A stretch of 49,427 nucleotides of DNA from Trichoplax sp. H2 (taxonomy: Eukaryota). The stretch lies in the NCBI GenBank assembly GCA_003344405.1, contig NOWV01000222.1, positions 62,001 through 111,427 on the forward strand, given 5' to 3'. Both the position numbers and the translations under genes were made by a program. How positions within the stretch are numbered: position 1 is the stretch's first letter; each line of letters begins with the position of its first letter. Positions 12,723-27,193 of the stretch are shown piece by piece. The notes beneath the pieces were generated by a model. The model had not been told where the DNA came from, made no database searches, and was given only the letters and a program-made list of their open reading frames with translations.

Positions 12723-15700
12723 AATTTGATAGAAATGATATGACGTGTATGCTAGTGAGCTTATTTATATTGCATTGATTTGATAGACTTCCATAATACA
12801 TTTTAATGAAAGATAATTACGAGGAAGTGCTTTATTAAAGCTGTTTTATTGAGCCTACATCTATTATATTTTTTTAATATCATCAGCATAAGCCTATACA
12901 TGTGCCCATGTAACACCAATGTTGCTATAATGATGACAGATGTTGTAAAACTCTACATTTTAACTGATCTCCTAATTGTTATGTGTAACTGCCTTGACTA
13001 AGCTCTGTCTCCCTGTATAACATGTATAACGATTGCTTTTGATGGTTCATTCCAGTACTTCATTCCGCGGGTTCGCTTGTAAAACTAAAGAGACCCTCAG
13101 ATGTTGATACATCCATTCAGTAGTTAGATCATACATACAAATTTAAAGAGAAATTAGTCTTTTTGACTTGCAATAGTCGATTAATAGTAATAGATAACCT
13201 ATGCTAATCATATCGAAATGATATCTAGTCGATTTTATATTAACGATAAAATCCCATATGCTTTGAAGTGCTTATTAATAGTGATAGTGAAAGAACTTCT
13301 TCCAAGTTATTGTGAATTTCATCTATTGTTGTGAATTTATTAACCAAGTTTGCCAAATATGGTATCGGCTTGAAACAAAATTTGATTTCATACCTTGGGA
13401 TCGAAGATTAGTATTTTTAATGGTTAGTTCAGGATAATGTGTAGCTTGAAATCACCTAGTACTGCATTAACTAGCTAATAATTGATAATTAACGGAAGTT
13501 CAAATTTTAATGACTCGAAAACTTGTATCTTATCCTGTCGTCATTTGTTAGATGATGAGAATTAAAATAATAAATAAGGATAAGAATTTTTTTATCATAT
13601 ATAACAAACATGAAGCACAGGTGTAAAACAGCTTAGGATCTCCTAGATACAGGACCTCTATTTAATATAAATAATTCGATAGATTTACCATTACAACAAC
13701 GAATCAATCATCATTTTTCAATTGAAGTTATACCGTGATTGGTCGCAATAATCTCATCATTACCGTTGACGACAAATAATGTAATATAATACACTATAGA
13801 ATAATATACATGAATTCGGATAGACTGCATCCCGTTGCAATAAGCAGCTGGGACTGGCCATAGACAATAGATATCATCTTCAATAGAATATCATTAAACA
13901 ACAGGACGTATCAATTTATTTAAATTAATCCAATTAATCGTATTGGAATACTTGAAATTTAGCATTTGCAAACTACCGATCAAACATCATATAAGCATTA
14001 TGCATCCGCTCTAAGGTTGAGATCGATAATTCTTCGATTTCATCCTTGAAAGGAGAGGGAAAATTCGATCGACCACATGGCCATTACTACTCCAGTCGTT
14101 GCAATTTTAATTGTAGCGTGGGTAAGTAGACACCACGTTTGAAAAATAATATCTATGAGCTGACTAACAAAAGCCAGCTAGTGATTTAGGAAAGTGAAAA
14201 TTCCAGTTAAAAAATGGAGTCAGTGTCTTACAGTTCAGAAACAGATTAAAGGATCCATTACTTGAAAGGCGTCCATCATAGATGGATATTGATACTACTG
14301 CAGCTTTGATAACTTCCAGTTTGATTTACGTGTTACCTAAATGTTCAATAATTTCTAGATTAATTCTCGACAGCCTTAATCAATTTTAATGCATAAATGT
14401 ATATCTAACTTTAGCATGTAGTCAAATAATTGTACTGCACGACTGTATTATATCACAATAATTCTTGCATGAAAACGATCTAAAATTTTTACTGTTTCAT
14501 ATAAAATACTGTTAATAATATTCTAAGCATAAAACATCCCTGAAGTTAGACACATAATAATGGTCCAGCTACGTAAAATAAGTTGTGCAGTCTAAAACTA
14601 GTTGTGGCGTAAAAATCATTCAAATGCCGTAGATAGAGTACCGTAATTATATTTATGCATGAAAAATTTTAGCTAAACGTCATTTACCTGTTAATGCCAT
14701 TTTGGAGTGATAAATTGATACCATGTACGCTATCCGTAAGACTGCAGCAACTAATTTGTTAGATACCAGCTCATCAATAACGGTAGCGTATACCGTAGTT
14801 AAAGCATACCTTCACCAGTCAGCAGGAATCTTGCATATTTTTTAGCTAATAGCTGGTAGTAAATTAAATGCATATCTTTGCATTTAGTACCAGCTACATT
14901 GTAATTATTGTAGCTGTTATATTGAGCCCGGATTCCTTTATTTCCCAAGAAGTCATTATTTTTTGCTATAAAGCGCTAATCAATTGTGCTCGACTATCGA
15001 ATATCATAATCTTCGAATAACACAGATAATTATCTCTATTTGATTTTAGCAAGACTTTCGTTTTGTATCTGCTATGACAAGTATTGCCTTCAAAGTGTCT
15101 TACATTGCTAAATCATGAATACCTAAGTGAAAATTACATAACTACAAACTTTAACGATTTTATAGCACTGTTTATCTGAACCGCACTATAGTACTGCTTT
15201 GAAATCTGCTCAAGTAAAATAAATTGTTGCAGTAACTATAGATATGTTTGCTGTCGTAGATGCAAATTTATGCTGTTAAAAATACTTAAAGCGAAGCTTT
15301 TAGATTTGTTGAGTAATATTTTATCGACCAACCTGCTATGAGATACTTGTTATTTCTGCGTTATGAAAATAGACTTAGATTTAAAAGTATAGCGCAAAAC
15401 CAAGAGTAGTCACGTAGCCTTGAACTTAGGAAGTACCATACGTTACTTAAATATTTCATTATCCTTAAAAATATTAATTAATTAATTAGGTATGGATCAA
15501 TTTCACATCGACATTTTCTTCCAAATGCGAGTGCTGCAGTGATTGAAAAGTGCTTGCATAGAAATGATCAAAGACAGTAATTAAAGTATCAATGCAAAAG
15601 CAATATTTTTATATATATTATACGAACGAGATTGAAAAACAAAGTTTCTACATTAAAAAAAGCAACCGAAGTAGTTAATTCTGGTTCTTTCTAAATATGT

Positions 15701-15857
15701 GCCATTTTAGGTTGCAATCTTTTACGTCTACACGTAGCAAAATAATTCGAATCATGTTTACGCATTTATAATATTGATCGGTAGTAGTTATTTTCACCTC
15801 GATAGAAACAAGAACAGTAACCTAAGTAAAATAAATGAATCATATTGATATATTTCT

Positions 15858-18800
15858 ATGTTTGAAATTGTGCATGAGCTCATTTCAGCCCTGGTTAGGG
15901 ACCACTTAATTTGTAATTAGTATATATTGTCGACATGATTGCTGTCATAAATTCACAGCCTTGCATTTTCAATAGCATAGGAAATTAATAGAATTTCATT
16001 GATTAATAATTATTATTTGGTTTATCGAACCTTATAGACTAAATTATTTCTGCTTGATTAACTTTTAACAGTAAATAGAAAATGCTTTATACAAAGATAA
16101 TTAATATTTTTTGACTTAATTCTATCTTCGAATTATCATCTATAGATTGTTTCGTATGGACTCTTTGCAGGTAATCCTCAAATCTGTTTAATAATTATTT
16201 ATCTAGCATTTCGTTTTATTAATAAATAGAAAGATAGCTGCAAAAGTAGGTTAAAAGGCTTCTTTTAATAATCGTACCCCTACTGTGCATGAAATTTGGA
16301 GAAATTTAAATGTTTTAAAAGGCTGAAATTTTAATTACTTGTGAATAGTTAGGAGTAAATATCAAAGCCATAAAAGAGTTTGAGATATTAATTAATCTCG
16401 ATATTTCATTTCGATATTATAGACGGTGCTGAAGTCAATACCACGGGCGTAGGAGGTAAAGTAAAGTAATAATTAATATGCATATAAGATAGCCTTAATT
16501 ATTCAGAAGTTAAATTCCAATGGCAGTGCAATTTTCTTTCGATTAAGTACTTACTATGAAAAGATACGAAAAAACTTTAAGTAACTTTTTATTTTAGAAA
16601 TTGACAATAATAATTTAATTTACCTAAGATTTGATATAAAATTGCTAAAAGCATTTCAAATCAATTGAATACAATGAATTGCTCCTTGCTCGTTACATAT
16701 TCAAATATTAAACTGTAACTCATTTATAAGCTTTCATCGACTTTGATATCATGCTTGCAATCTAAAACTAATTTGTATGACTTCTGTAAGCTCACAAATG
16801 TACATAACAATCATATCTGTTTCACTTTGCAATTGTAATCAATTAAATGTAAGGTACTGGCTCTTTCTTGTTACTTTCGGACATTGTGATATGTATGTTT
16901 ACATACATATATAAATTATGATATTACATCTACCATAAGACAAATTATCACATTGATTATAATGGAATTGTTGTTTTATCATACTAGTCGAACTCTTGCT
17001 CGTGATACTTCGTACTTTACACTAATACTTTTTATTTTGCATTTAGTATCCAAGTTTCTTTTAAATTTCTACTCTTATTTAACGATAGCTTTTTTCCTCA
17101 GCATATCTTGAAATATAGTACATGCCCGATTTGATCATATCTAGACATCTAATAAATACCTTTATAATTGATAGACGACCTGCTATTCAATAGTAAAACG
17201 AAACTTTAACTTTAATTTATTTAGAAACAAATAATTACTTAATTTCATTTGATCATACCATTCCCTCGAGCGGCTATAGAAGCAATCATTAAGATGTTTG
17301 ACGACCATAGCTTTCTAGCAAATACCTAAAACGAAGCCATGATGTAATCTGACAATCAGAGTAACGGAATTATATTCCATTACAGCATATTGCAGCACGT
17401 ACAAATTCCATATCCTTAGATATGTTCCAATCTATTACACGAGTCATATAAATCTTATTTATTAACTAAACTTCGATATCAAAAAATATCTTGATAATGC
17501 ATTTATGATAATATATTATTTCTAAGAAGTTGATGTTTAAGGTCGATATTTTGTTTGTTAACTGCCTATTTAGTAAATGGATGATTACTTTATGTGAGAG
17601 CTGTTATTGTTAGAAACGAACAATTTTTAAAAGAAAAGAAGTAAAACTTTTTGTAGATTGTAACAATATGATATTTGTTATCTAATTGCAAAATTACCGT
17701 ATACAGTATGCTAGCTAGTTTTTAAGAACATACCTGCCTTATCGCTAATACAACAAAAGATGTTTTGTAATTTATTTCCAACAATTTTATAAAAGAAACT
17801 GCATATTACATCTGATTGAAGTTAAATGACAAAATGAATTTATCTTCTATCATCTAAATTCATTTACCTACCGGATAAGATAGGCATCCATCTACAATTA
17901 CCCTTCCATCTTGTTTGCATAGTAAATATCTACTAGGTCAAAATAGATATAGATATGCAGTAGTTTTTTTATTGCAGATAGCTTTCATTGCTATGACAAC
18001 TTATTTTATTTTTCTTGCCATTATTCCTTCGATTGTTTCGGTACCATTACAATTTCCCGGTCATAAATCAATATCGAATTCATTATTAATTGAATGTTTC
18101 TGATTGACCTTCAGTCTATTTGCCAAGAAATTGTATCTAAGAATGACTGATAGTAGATTTTGCTTGTCGATTATAATATCAAAATTTTATTGGATATCTA
18201 TTGTGATACAATAATTTAGATAAGAATAATAGATAGGATTCAATTATTATTACTCATCGCTTTTTATCATATTTTCTTAAGATAAAGTTCATGGTGGTTC
18301 ATCGTCAATAATCTTTGAATTTATTTCCGTAATACTAATCTAGCTTGAGTGGATACAAAGTGTGATTATAGTTAAAACATTTGCGTTAAAATTGATGCTA
18401 ATTAATTCTAATATAACAGCAGTCTTGTCATTCTACGTTTTAACGAGGTTACTTATTTTTAATCTAAAGTATTTCTTGCAATTTTTCATAAACTAAATCC
18501 TGAAATATGTCCGTTAAAATCCTAATGATACTTAATGTCTTCCATTTTTTACTTTAGATTGCCCTTATTCCTGGTATAAATATAACAATTCGACATGTAT
18601 ACGCACGATAAATATATTCAAGAATTTCCATGATGCTCAAGATTATTGTCGTGAACGCTATAATGCCGATTTAATCTACCTTGACACTCGACAAAAAGAA
18701 GAATTCGTCACTCGTTATGTGATCGATTGGAATTTCCCTGCTTACTGGATCGGATTAAAATATCAATTAGATCTACAGTCACAATTAAATTATTTGTGGT

Positions 18801-21800
18801 TGGCGACAAATTATACACTCCAAGACTACGGTTATACTAATTGGCATAGCCAAGGTCATAATTTAAGTTATGGTCAATGTATTATGACGTTAAATCAAGG
18901 CCAACAATGGACCTGGGAAAATAATGGTTGCCATGATGAGTTTACATTTATATGTGAAGCGAGTAAGTTGAGTAAATAAATCTCTGACATTGAATGATAT
19001 CAAATGAATACATATTGATACATATTATCACTGATTTCTTACTTTCCGATGTCGTCTTAAATAAATACTACGATAGTTTAAATAGAATAGATCGGATCAA
19101 TAAACTTTAATCACGAATATAGTTCAAATTAGCGTTGTTTATTTAATTGATTGGCTAAACTTTGATTAATACCGATGAAATAGCCTTTTCAATAACAATA
19201 ATTGATGTTATAGATTTTATTCACAAACCGAAGTCATTTACTTTGCATTCTTATTTGATATCGTAATAATTTCACTTTTGATATATCAGTAAGGTAAAGC
19301 AATTAATTAGTTTATTCGTAAACATATTAGCCTAGTGACAATTATAAAGAATCTTCAGACTATAAATGATTGTACAATCTTGTAAACAGCGAACTTAATT
19401 TACCAATATATCCTCTTTCTAAAGTTTTCAATTCTTACTAAATCATTAGAATATTCATTAATGATGTCATTGCATAGTGCTTGATGATAAAAAATGAACA
19501 AAATCAACGATTGAAATAATTTCACTATTCAGCTTTGATTGACATAATCAATATCTGGATTAAAATAAAAGAAATTGTTAATGTTGAATTGCAATTATGC
19601 ATATACTTTCAGATATAACAACTTTGGACGTTTACAAAGGTCTCAATTATACATTTACGTCCAATATTACCTTCATCAATTATACTGCACCTAGCCCGCA
19701 GCCTCTCAATATTTCTATTAATCTTACCGGTAAGAATTATTTTATGATATTAACTTAGTGAACTTAGAACAATGAGTCAGCTCTAATCCTTCAATTCTCT
19801 CTTTCCTATCAATTATATATTTATAATTATTCCTTAGATATTGACTACCAAAAACCACTTATACCGACAACGCCCAAACCTGTACAGGGTAAGGCTTATA
19901 ATCTAGAGCTTTCTTTTATAATGCAGCATCTGGATGTCTAATTATAGTGATAGGTTTTTATCGTAACAGGTTAACACAGAATTACTGTTACTAACTAATA
20001 TCATTACACTAACATAAGCAAAATATGATACTAATTTCAGGAGACTATGTCAGTACTTTTAGCACAATCTATTATTTATACGCAAGCATTGTATAGGAGC
20101 TATTTCCTTTCTGTCGGATAAGTTTTCACTTAAACTTTAATTTAATATTTGACATGCATGTATTTAAATATATATAATTTAGGATGCCCCTACGATGGTA
20201 TTAATTATAATGGAACCTGCATCAAAATGATTACCTTGTTTCGCAGTTTTGGTGATGCTAGGAAATTCTGCAAGCGACATTATCAAGGAGACTTAGTATC
20301 GATCGAAACACAGGATAAAGAGAGCTTTATTTTAGTTAATCTAACTGGTGGAGCCTACGGCGCATTTTGGATTGGTTTAAGGCAATATCCAGAACACCCA
20401 CAGCATGAAAATGAAACTTGGGTTGCAACAGGACAACGAATATTAAATAATAACAGTTATACTAATTTTGATAAAGACAATAACTTTTACATTAATAATT
20501 TCGATTGCGGTCTTGTTATTCGAACTTTCGAGGGATATAGATGGGTATATATGAGCTGTGAAATTCCATTAATCTTTGTTTGTCAATATGGTAAGCTATG
20601 TGTCGATATAAATTTAGTAGAGTTAGCAAATACATAGATGCTACTATAGCTTTAGCATTCGCTGGAAAATCATTTCCAATAGTGAAATTGATCACATTTG
20701 TTATCATTTCAATCTTAATTAGATTCCTTTATTCCGACAACAACACCAAATATAGGTATAAATTTATGACACAGTTCGGATTGCCGTGCATTGTTTGATG
20801 ACTCTAATTTTCTCTCTTATTACATTACATTACTGATATTTCTCTAGCAACGACAAATCCTCCAACAACTACTGCAAGTACTCCGGCTGAAGAGAGCAGT
20901 AGCTTTCCGTCAACTACCGCTATTTTGGAAGAAAGTACCAGTTCCTTATTAACAGATTCGAGTACGATTAGAGAAAGTGCTTTGTTATCAGTCACTAGCA
21001 TCGTTGATATGAGCAGCAGTAGCTCGACATCATGGACGAATACTCCAGCCGATAGTGCAAGTTTATTTCTTTCTAGTTCTGTATCCCATGACCAAAGTAT
21101 GGTTGCGCATATAACAAGTACTACCATTTCTAATTCTGATGCAAGTACAAGTTTTCTAGTTTCTAATGTGAACCCATCAGTAACAACTGCAGTTGTTCCT
21201 TCAATGATCGCAACTGAAACTTCTAGTAAATTTACTGGGGTTATAACTTCTAGCACATTTGCAGACATCGCAAGTACTCCTGTATTCGGTGCGACTGCTT
21301 CATTATCCAGCCAGAATACTCCTTCATCGAGTATAAGTACTCCTTTATCCGTACCAAGTGCCCTAACATCTAGTATGGCTACTCTGACATCCAATATTAA
21401 TACGCTAGCTATAACCTACAGCTCTTCAGGAATAATCACAAGTACTACTGCGGTTACAACAACAAATACGACATCGTCATTGAGCTTTTATACCTCATCC
21501 TCAATTACAAATACTCCAAGTACAAGTAATCCAAATACAAATATTCCAAGTACAAATACTCCGAGTCCAACTCCAGCATCATCAGAACCAGTAACCACTA
21601 AAACTACTATATTTGCGCCAGCTACTAATCCTGTTAATACTATAGCAACCGCTGCTGCAACACCATCCGAAGGGACTCCTTCTTCTACTAGTTCTACTTC
21701 TACTTTAACTCCGGTCCTTGTTTTACAGCAGGTACACAGTTCTTCTGCTTTAACAGACAATGATTGCAATTAACATTTAAGCCAACCTACTGACATTGTT

Positions 21801-24800
21801 TTAGGCTGAAATTTTAATGCATAAGGATACGTATAAACTAGTTTAAATTAGATTTCAGGAAGCTCAATTAACGATCCGGTAGCATCACATTTGCTTTTAA
21901 TAAACCCTGTTAGTCCGTTTATACATAACCATTTCGCAGATATATTATATAGTACATTGAAATCATTTTTTCTTATTTACTCTACTGTAAGAAGATACCA
22001 TATTTATAATCTTGATATAAAAGCAAATTCTAATTAGTCAATAGTAATATATTGCCCAGCATAGTGAAACATTTAAATTATCTCCAATATATAAACTAAA
22101 GTAAATTATACCAGGTGCTCGAAGAATATATCCAGTATTTTTAATCTTGATATAAAAATACGTTCTAATTAGTCAATAGTAATATATTACCCAGCATAGT
22201 GAAACATTTAAATCATCTCTAAAATATAAACTAAACTTAATTATACCAGGTGCTATATTAATGGTTAATTGCGTTGGTTTTGTTAGATAGCTGGGTTATC
22301 GGTTAATTCATCGATCCAGAGAGCGATTACGCTTCTAGAGAATTTAGGTTTATCGTTGCAACAACAAAATTTAAATCAAACTATACAGCAAAAGACACTA
22401 GCAATTAATGGAATTGTCAGTATCTTGGAAAAAACTAATTTTATAACAGCTGGAAATAATGAAAAAGAACAGTTAGCTCAGGTTAGATACTTTATGGTGG
22501 AAAGTATACTTGTTATTATTACACCTTACTTTATAAGGCCGCTAAACTGAATTCAACAGTATGCTACTATGCTCTTACTCACACTAATAACCACAACCAT
22601 TTTAATTAACAGCAATATATTGACATTTTAACAACGCTGATGCAAACTACTAATCTACCCGGTGTAAGTTTGCGAATAAGCTTTCTGATTTAATAAGCAA
22701 GTTAACAGGACGGAAATGTTAAATAGAAACCTAAACAGCTAATTTCGTATAACATAGCAAACATCAGAGTTGGGTTTTCAAGTCATGAATGCCGAAGAAA
22801 AATTAGGCCAGTATATTGGACAGAGTTTATTCACTTCTCAATCAATTTCAGCACAAAGTAGTATGATAGGTAAGTAGAATCAATGTTTACTTTTCTGCGG
22901 TTATTCATCCCTATTATGCATTTTCAAAAGCTTGCAATAGTAAATTATATCATTCGATAGCATACTAAAATCATTTTACTTTTAGAGTGTGATACAAGCG
23001 TGATTAATTTAAGCGAATAAATTATTCATTGCAGCTTTCAAAATTGAAAGTAAAACCGCAGCAGATTTAGCAAAAACAGGATATGAATTATTCTGGCAAG
23101 TTGGACCTGAAACAGAATCTCAAGCAGCAATTGCGCTACCTAAAGAACCTTTTTCATCCTTAGGTAAAATTTACTGCTAAACCATGGTTAATTTGATTGT
23201 GCAGGATAAAATTTGTATAATGTTTTCTTTTTAGAATAGCACACTTCATTTAGACAATCATTGATTCTAATAGACTATAAATTATTAAATTCTCTTTCGA
23301 GAATATTATTTACTAACAGTCTGTTGTATGTTATTTAATCCATAATAGATCCCGGTACAATTGTTAAAATTAAAGTTTCTCTAAATCGGGAACTATCCAA
23401 GTATTTCTCATCCAACGCAACCAATCTGAAGTAAATTAAATAAATGTTAAATAAAGCTTTTGTACGCGTGAATTTTCAATTTTACAGTAAATCATAGTGA
23501 TTTGTGCTTATAAGAAACAAAATGCAGAGACATCTCTGCCCATTACAGTATCAAATTACTTCATCGCAAAAGTATCGTATAAAAGGAACATTGAAGAGCT
23601 GAAAACATCTATTATAGCTAAAATTTCCTTATAACTACGAATAAATGATAATATTTCCTTCATAGTATTAAAACTTGGTAATTAACAAGATCGAATTGCG
23701 AGGAATAATGATTCATCTACATATCCTGGTTTTCTATTGCTAAATTAAAGCGATCTGCAATGATAGTCTTGTTGTCTAGAATTTTTAATTTTACATTGAT
23801 TTGGGCTAATGAAATATGAATAATGAAAATTATATCAGTTACGATCGAAGGCTAACATAATCTCTAGTGTTGTAATTTCAGATTAAATAAGCACTTAATA
23901 TTTAAATACTATTACAAGTCTTATAGTATTTTTACTTTGTCAATTCTTAGTAATCAGAATGGCAGTCTGGTATCGGTTATCCTTTCTTGTACAGTTACGC
24001 CTGATATACCCATTAACCGCAATTTTCCCTTAAATTATACTATTCCACATCTGCAGGTAAGACAAATTGTTTCTACAGAATAAGAGAATGGTCAGCAGTA
24101 AAGTAGCAAATAATAATTTTATATTTTAATATCGTGCAGTAAAGTGGTGATATCCTAAAGTATTCTTTTTGCTAGCTCAGTTTAGTTTCAAATTTTTTTC
24201 TTTTATCTTCTTCAATAATCTGAATATTTCTGCGTAAGTAAAAGGTGCCATGTAAAGTTAATGTTAATTTGAACATTAATTTACTTATAGGTTTCTACTG
24301 TAGATCGTAATCGATCCTGCGTCTTTTGGAAAAACCAAGCGACGTAAATTTTCTAGTCTATGTTTTTCAATACGATTGCTGTTAAAGTTTATTTCTTTAT
24401 TAACGTTTTCGATGCAGCGATTGAAAATATCTTTCTTTATTGTATAGAATAATTATTATTTTATTTATTGCTTGAATTTAGTTCATGGTCATCATCAGGA
24501 TGTAGAGTATCCGACAACAACAGCAATTCAACTGTTACTTCCTGTTCTTGTGATCATTTAACGCATTTTGCTTTATTACTGCAAGTACAGCCGGTAAATT
24601 ATATAGCCGAAAGATAGAATCTAAGTTAATTCCGAATTGCTGAGACACCATTAGCGAAAGAGAACATCTGTTTAAGATTCTTACTTTAATGTTGTACTCT
24701 TTCCTAATAGGTAGTAGTCAATGTGTCAACGATAGACTTTACAATTTTAGGATATATGACCTACATCGGAAGTGGAATTTCAATCTTTTGCATTATGACG

Positions 24801-27193
24801 ACCTTGTTCGTTTACAGCTTACTGAGGTAATGAATGCGTAGTGTAATATGAAGAGTGCACAATAAATACTGAATTTAATATAATGAGTACAACTTTGAAA
24901 CTATTTACAATACATATATTTCCTATTAAGATTTAATTGTAGTAAATGGTATCATTTCTTGATGACTAGGTTGAAAGGTGAAAGATTCATCGTCCATCGA
25001 AATTTATTACTTGCCCTTATGGTTGCACAAGTATCATTAATTATTGCAACAACCGGGGCAAATCATAAGGTTAGTCCTGGCGAAGGCAGAAGTTTACTGT
25101 AATATTCCTTTACTTTTTATCAATTTGTAATCAAAATCTTTTTATCGAAATTGGTTTAGATACTATGCCAAATTTCTGCTGTTCTATTGCATTTCTTTTA
25201 TTTGGCAACGTTTAGCTGGATGTTAGTCGAAGGCATCCATCTATATTTTGCTATTATTGCGGTATACAGCCATAAAAGTAAATTGCAAATTTATTTTGGA
25301 GTTGGATGGGGTAATTTGAAATTGACTAAAGATTAGCTTAGATAATTTTATGCTCGATTTCCATAGTTCAATGTTCTGTCAAATAGTAGCTACGTGAATA
25401 AAATTAGCACCGTAATTAAAAAATCTTATTCAATATTTTAAATTGATTAGGGATACCTGTTATCGTTGTTTCGATATCAGCCATCGTCAGATTTGATAGC
25501 TACGGCCAGGATGAGAGGTCGAAATTAACAATTTATTATGATTTGACGTCTTTTGATTACTTACTGATATTTTAATTTTCATCAGATGCTGGCTATCTTA
25601 TGAGAATGGATTTATTTGGGCTTTTATTGCTCCAGTTATAGCAATTTTATGTGTAAGTACAAACTATAAGCTACCGTATAGATTGATATCCCGTAAATAG
25701 ATGAGCTGCGATTAGTTAAATGAGAAAAGCTCGGTCGGTAGATTACATTTAACGTACCAAAGAGATTAAACATCATTTATTGATCCGATTTAAAATTTTA
25801 TTTCGGTGAATAGAACACTTTTAAAAAAGTAATATCGATATCTGTTTATTATATTTTAATGCTGCTACTGGATAAACTGGTATACTGTAGTATCGCATCA
25901 GATCGAAGGGCATTGCAGTGGAAGGTCAAAACAACTCATTGCTAAAGCTCACTTTGAATAATTTTGTAAACTTTTAGGCTAATATCATCATCATGGTTGC
26001 TGTAGTTAAAATATCACTTGCTGCAAACGTAGCAGTATCGCGTGAAAGTAGAAATTCGCTTATTGTGAAGTCAAAGTAAGTTAATGTATTATAATTTTGA
26101 AAATGACTTTATCATAACTTGATGATGGAGTGTATAATTGGAAAGAATAGTGCGTAGAGCTTTGAATGAAACCAACTAAGTAATTGTATCTTGCACGAAT
26201 ATAGATCCTTAGTTAAGGCAACAGCTGTCTTATTTCCGATTTTGGGAATGACTTGGGCATTTGGATTGATCCCTGCAACACAACAAACCATCATATTTAG
26301 CTATTTATTCGTCATATGCAACTCTCTACAGGTGCGAATTTTTATATTCCATCATTAAAGCTGCATATGTACACCTAGAAATAGAGCAAGGATCTCTTTC
26401 AATTAATATCTAGGGGGCCTTTATTTTCCTGTTTCACTGCATTTTTAATTCAGAGGTAAGGCATGCACATAGGTTAAAGATCGCTGTGTATACCTTATTT
26501 GAAACTTAATGACTACTTTGTGTTAGAAGTATAAATATAAGTGTACTAACCGAAAGTCTAATTAACTATTTATGTGAACTAGCTTGCTACTGCAGTTCAT
26601 TTATGCAGCACGTATATCTACTTTAGTATTACTATGCCAGAAGATAATAATATGTATAAGATATCTTGATGTAGAATAATTATAATCAGTTATGGACATT
26701 AGCCGTAACCTCGATAGTAGATGTTTACTTTCTGTAGGATTATTTCAAGATGCAGTGATCGCCGTCGATAAAACATTGTTGCCATTTATGAAAGAAGAGT
26801 CTATGTCGATAACGAAGCTGTGCTACATCACTGACATTTTATTCTCATTGGATATTTAGGTACGACAAGCCTATAACATCGTTATTCGAAGGAAAACAAC
26901 TGTGATATCGTTACATCAGCAAAGTTCAAGGGTATGTCTAGCATTACTTGAATAGGTTTAGAGAGTATAATGCTCGATCACGTCAAAACATGATGTCTAC
27001 GTTATTACTTTAAATATGTTAATACAATCGCCAATTGGGTACATGTGTAGAAAGTATCTTATTTGCCTTGCTTCTGTTTCTTTCTTTTACATGAAATATC
27101 CACCAACAGAGAAAATTGACTACTCAATTTAGCTCTACCGGTCCGGGCGATACCCGATTTGAAATTAAATTTGGAGGTTCAACGCTCGTCTAA
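15858..27193 (+). CDS. Adhesion GPCR: signal peptide, CTLD, CTLD, Ser/Thr-rich mucin stalk, GAIN/GPS, 7TM, PDZ-type tail
   Basis: CTLD1 exon ~18558-18962 (CPYSWYKY...AQDYC...YWIGL...FICE). CTLD2 ~20183-20590 (CPYDG...ARKFC...FWIGL...FVCQ). S/T exon 20848-21731. GAIN exons ~22287-24056. GPS CVFW...WSSSGC...TSCSCDHL/THFALLLQ (~24291-24593). 7TM exons ~24711-26455 include YIGSGISIFC, HRNLLLAL, LLHFFYLATFSWMLVEGIHLY, GWGIP, CWLS..GFIWAFIAP, LFPILGMTWAFG, NSLQGAFIFLFHC. Last exon 27110-27193 ends STLV*. The first exon (15858-15893) is tentative; 16146-16170 and ~16424-16456 follow it. Confidence 0.93.
22001..22254. repeat. Intronic tandem duplication of ~120 bp (22001-22119 and 22136-22254)
   Basis: Both copies read taatcttgatataaaa...ttctaattagtcaatagtaatatatt.cccagcatagtgaaacatttaaat.atctc...atataaactaaa...aattataccaggtgct. 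Confidence 0.9.

Noticed and set aside
13048..13064. 17-nt exact reverse complement of a repeat-unit segment (28666-28682) downstream of CRELD
   Set aside because: One 17-mer match in an AT-rich 49 kb all-versus-all comparison is plausible by chance.
14850..14896. Imperfect intergenic hairpin (tagctggta..taaatgca / tgcattta..taccagcta)
   Set aside because: Short, AT-rich and without other support.
20825..21769. Minus-strand Val/Leu-rich ORFs (189 aa, 93 aa)
   Set aside because: Antisense shadows of the Ser/Thr-rich aGPCR exon.
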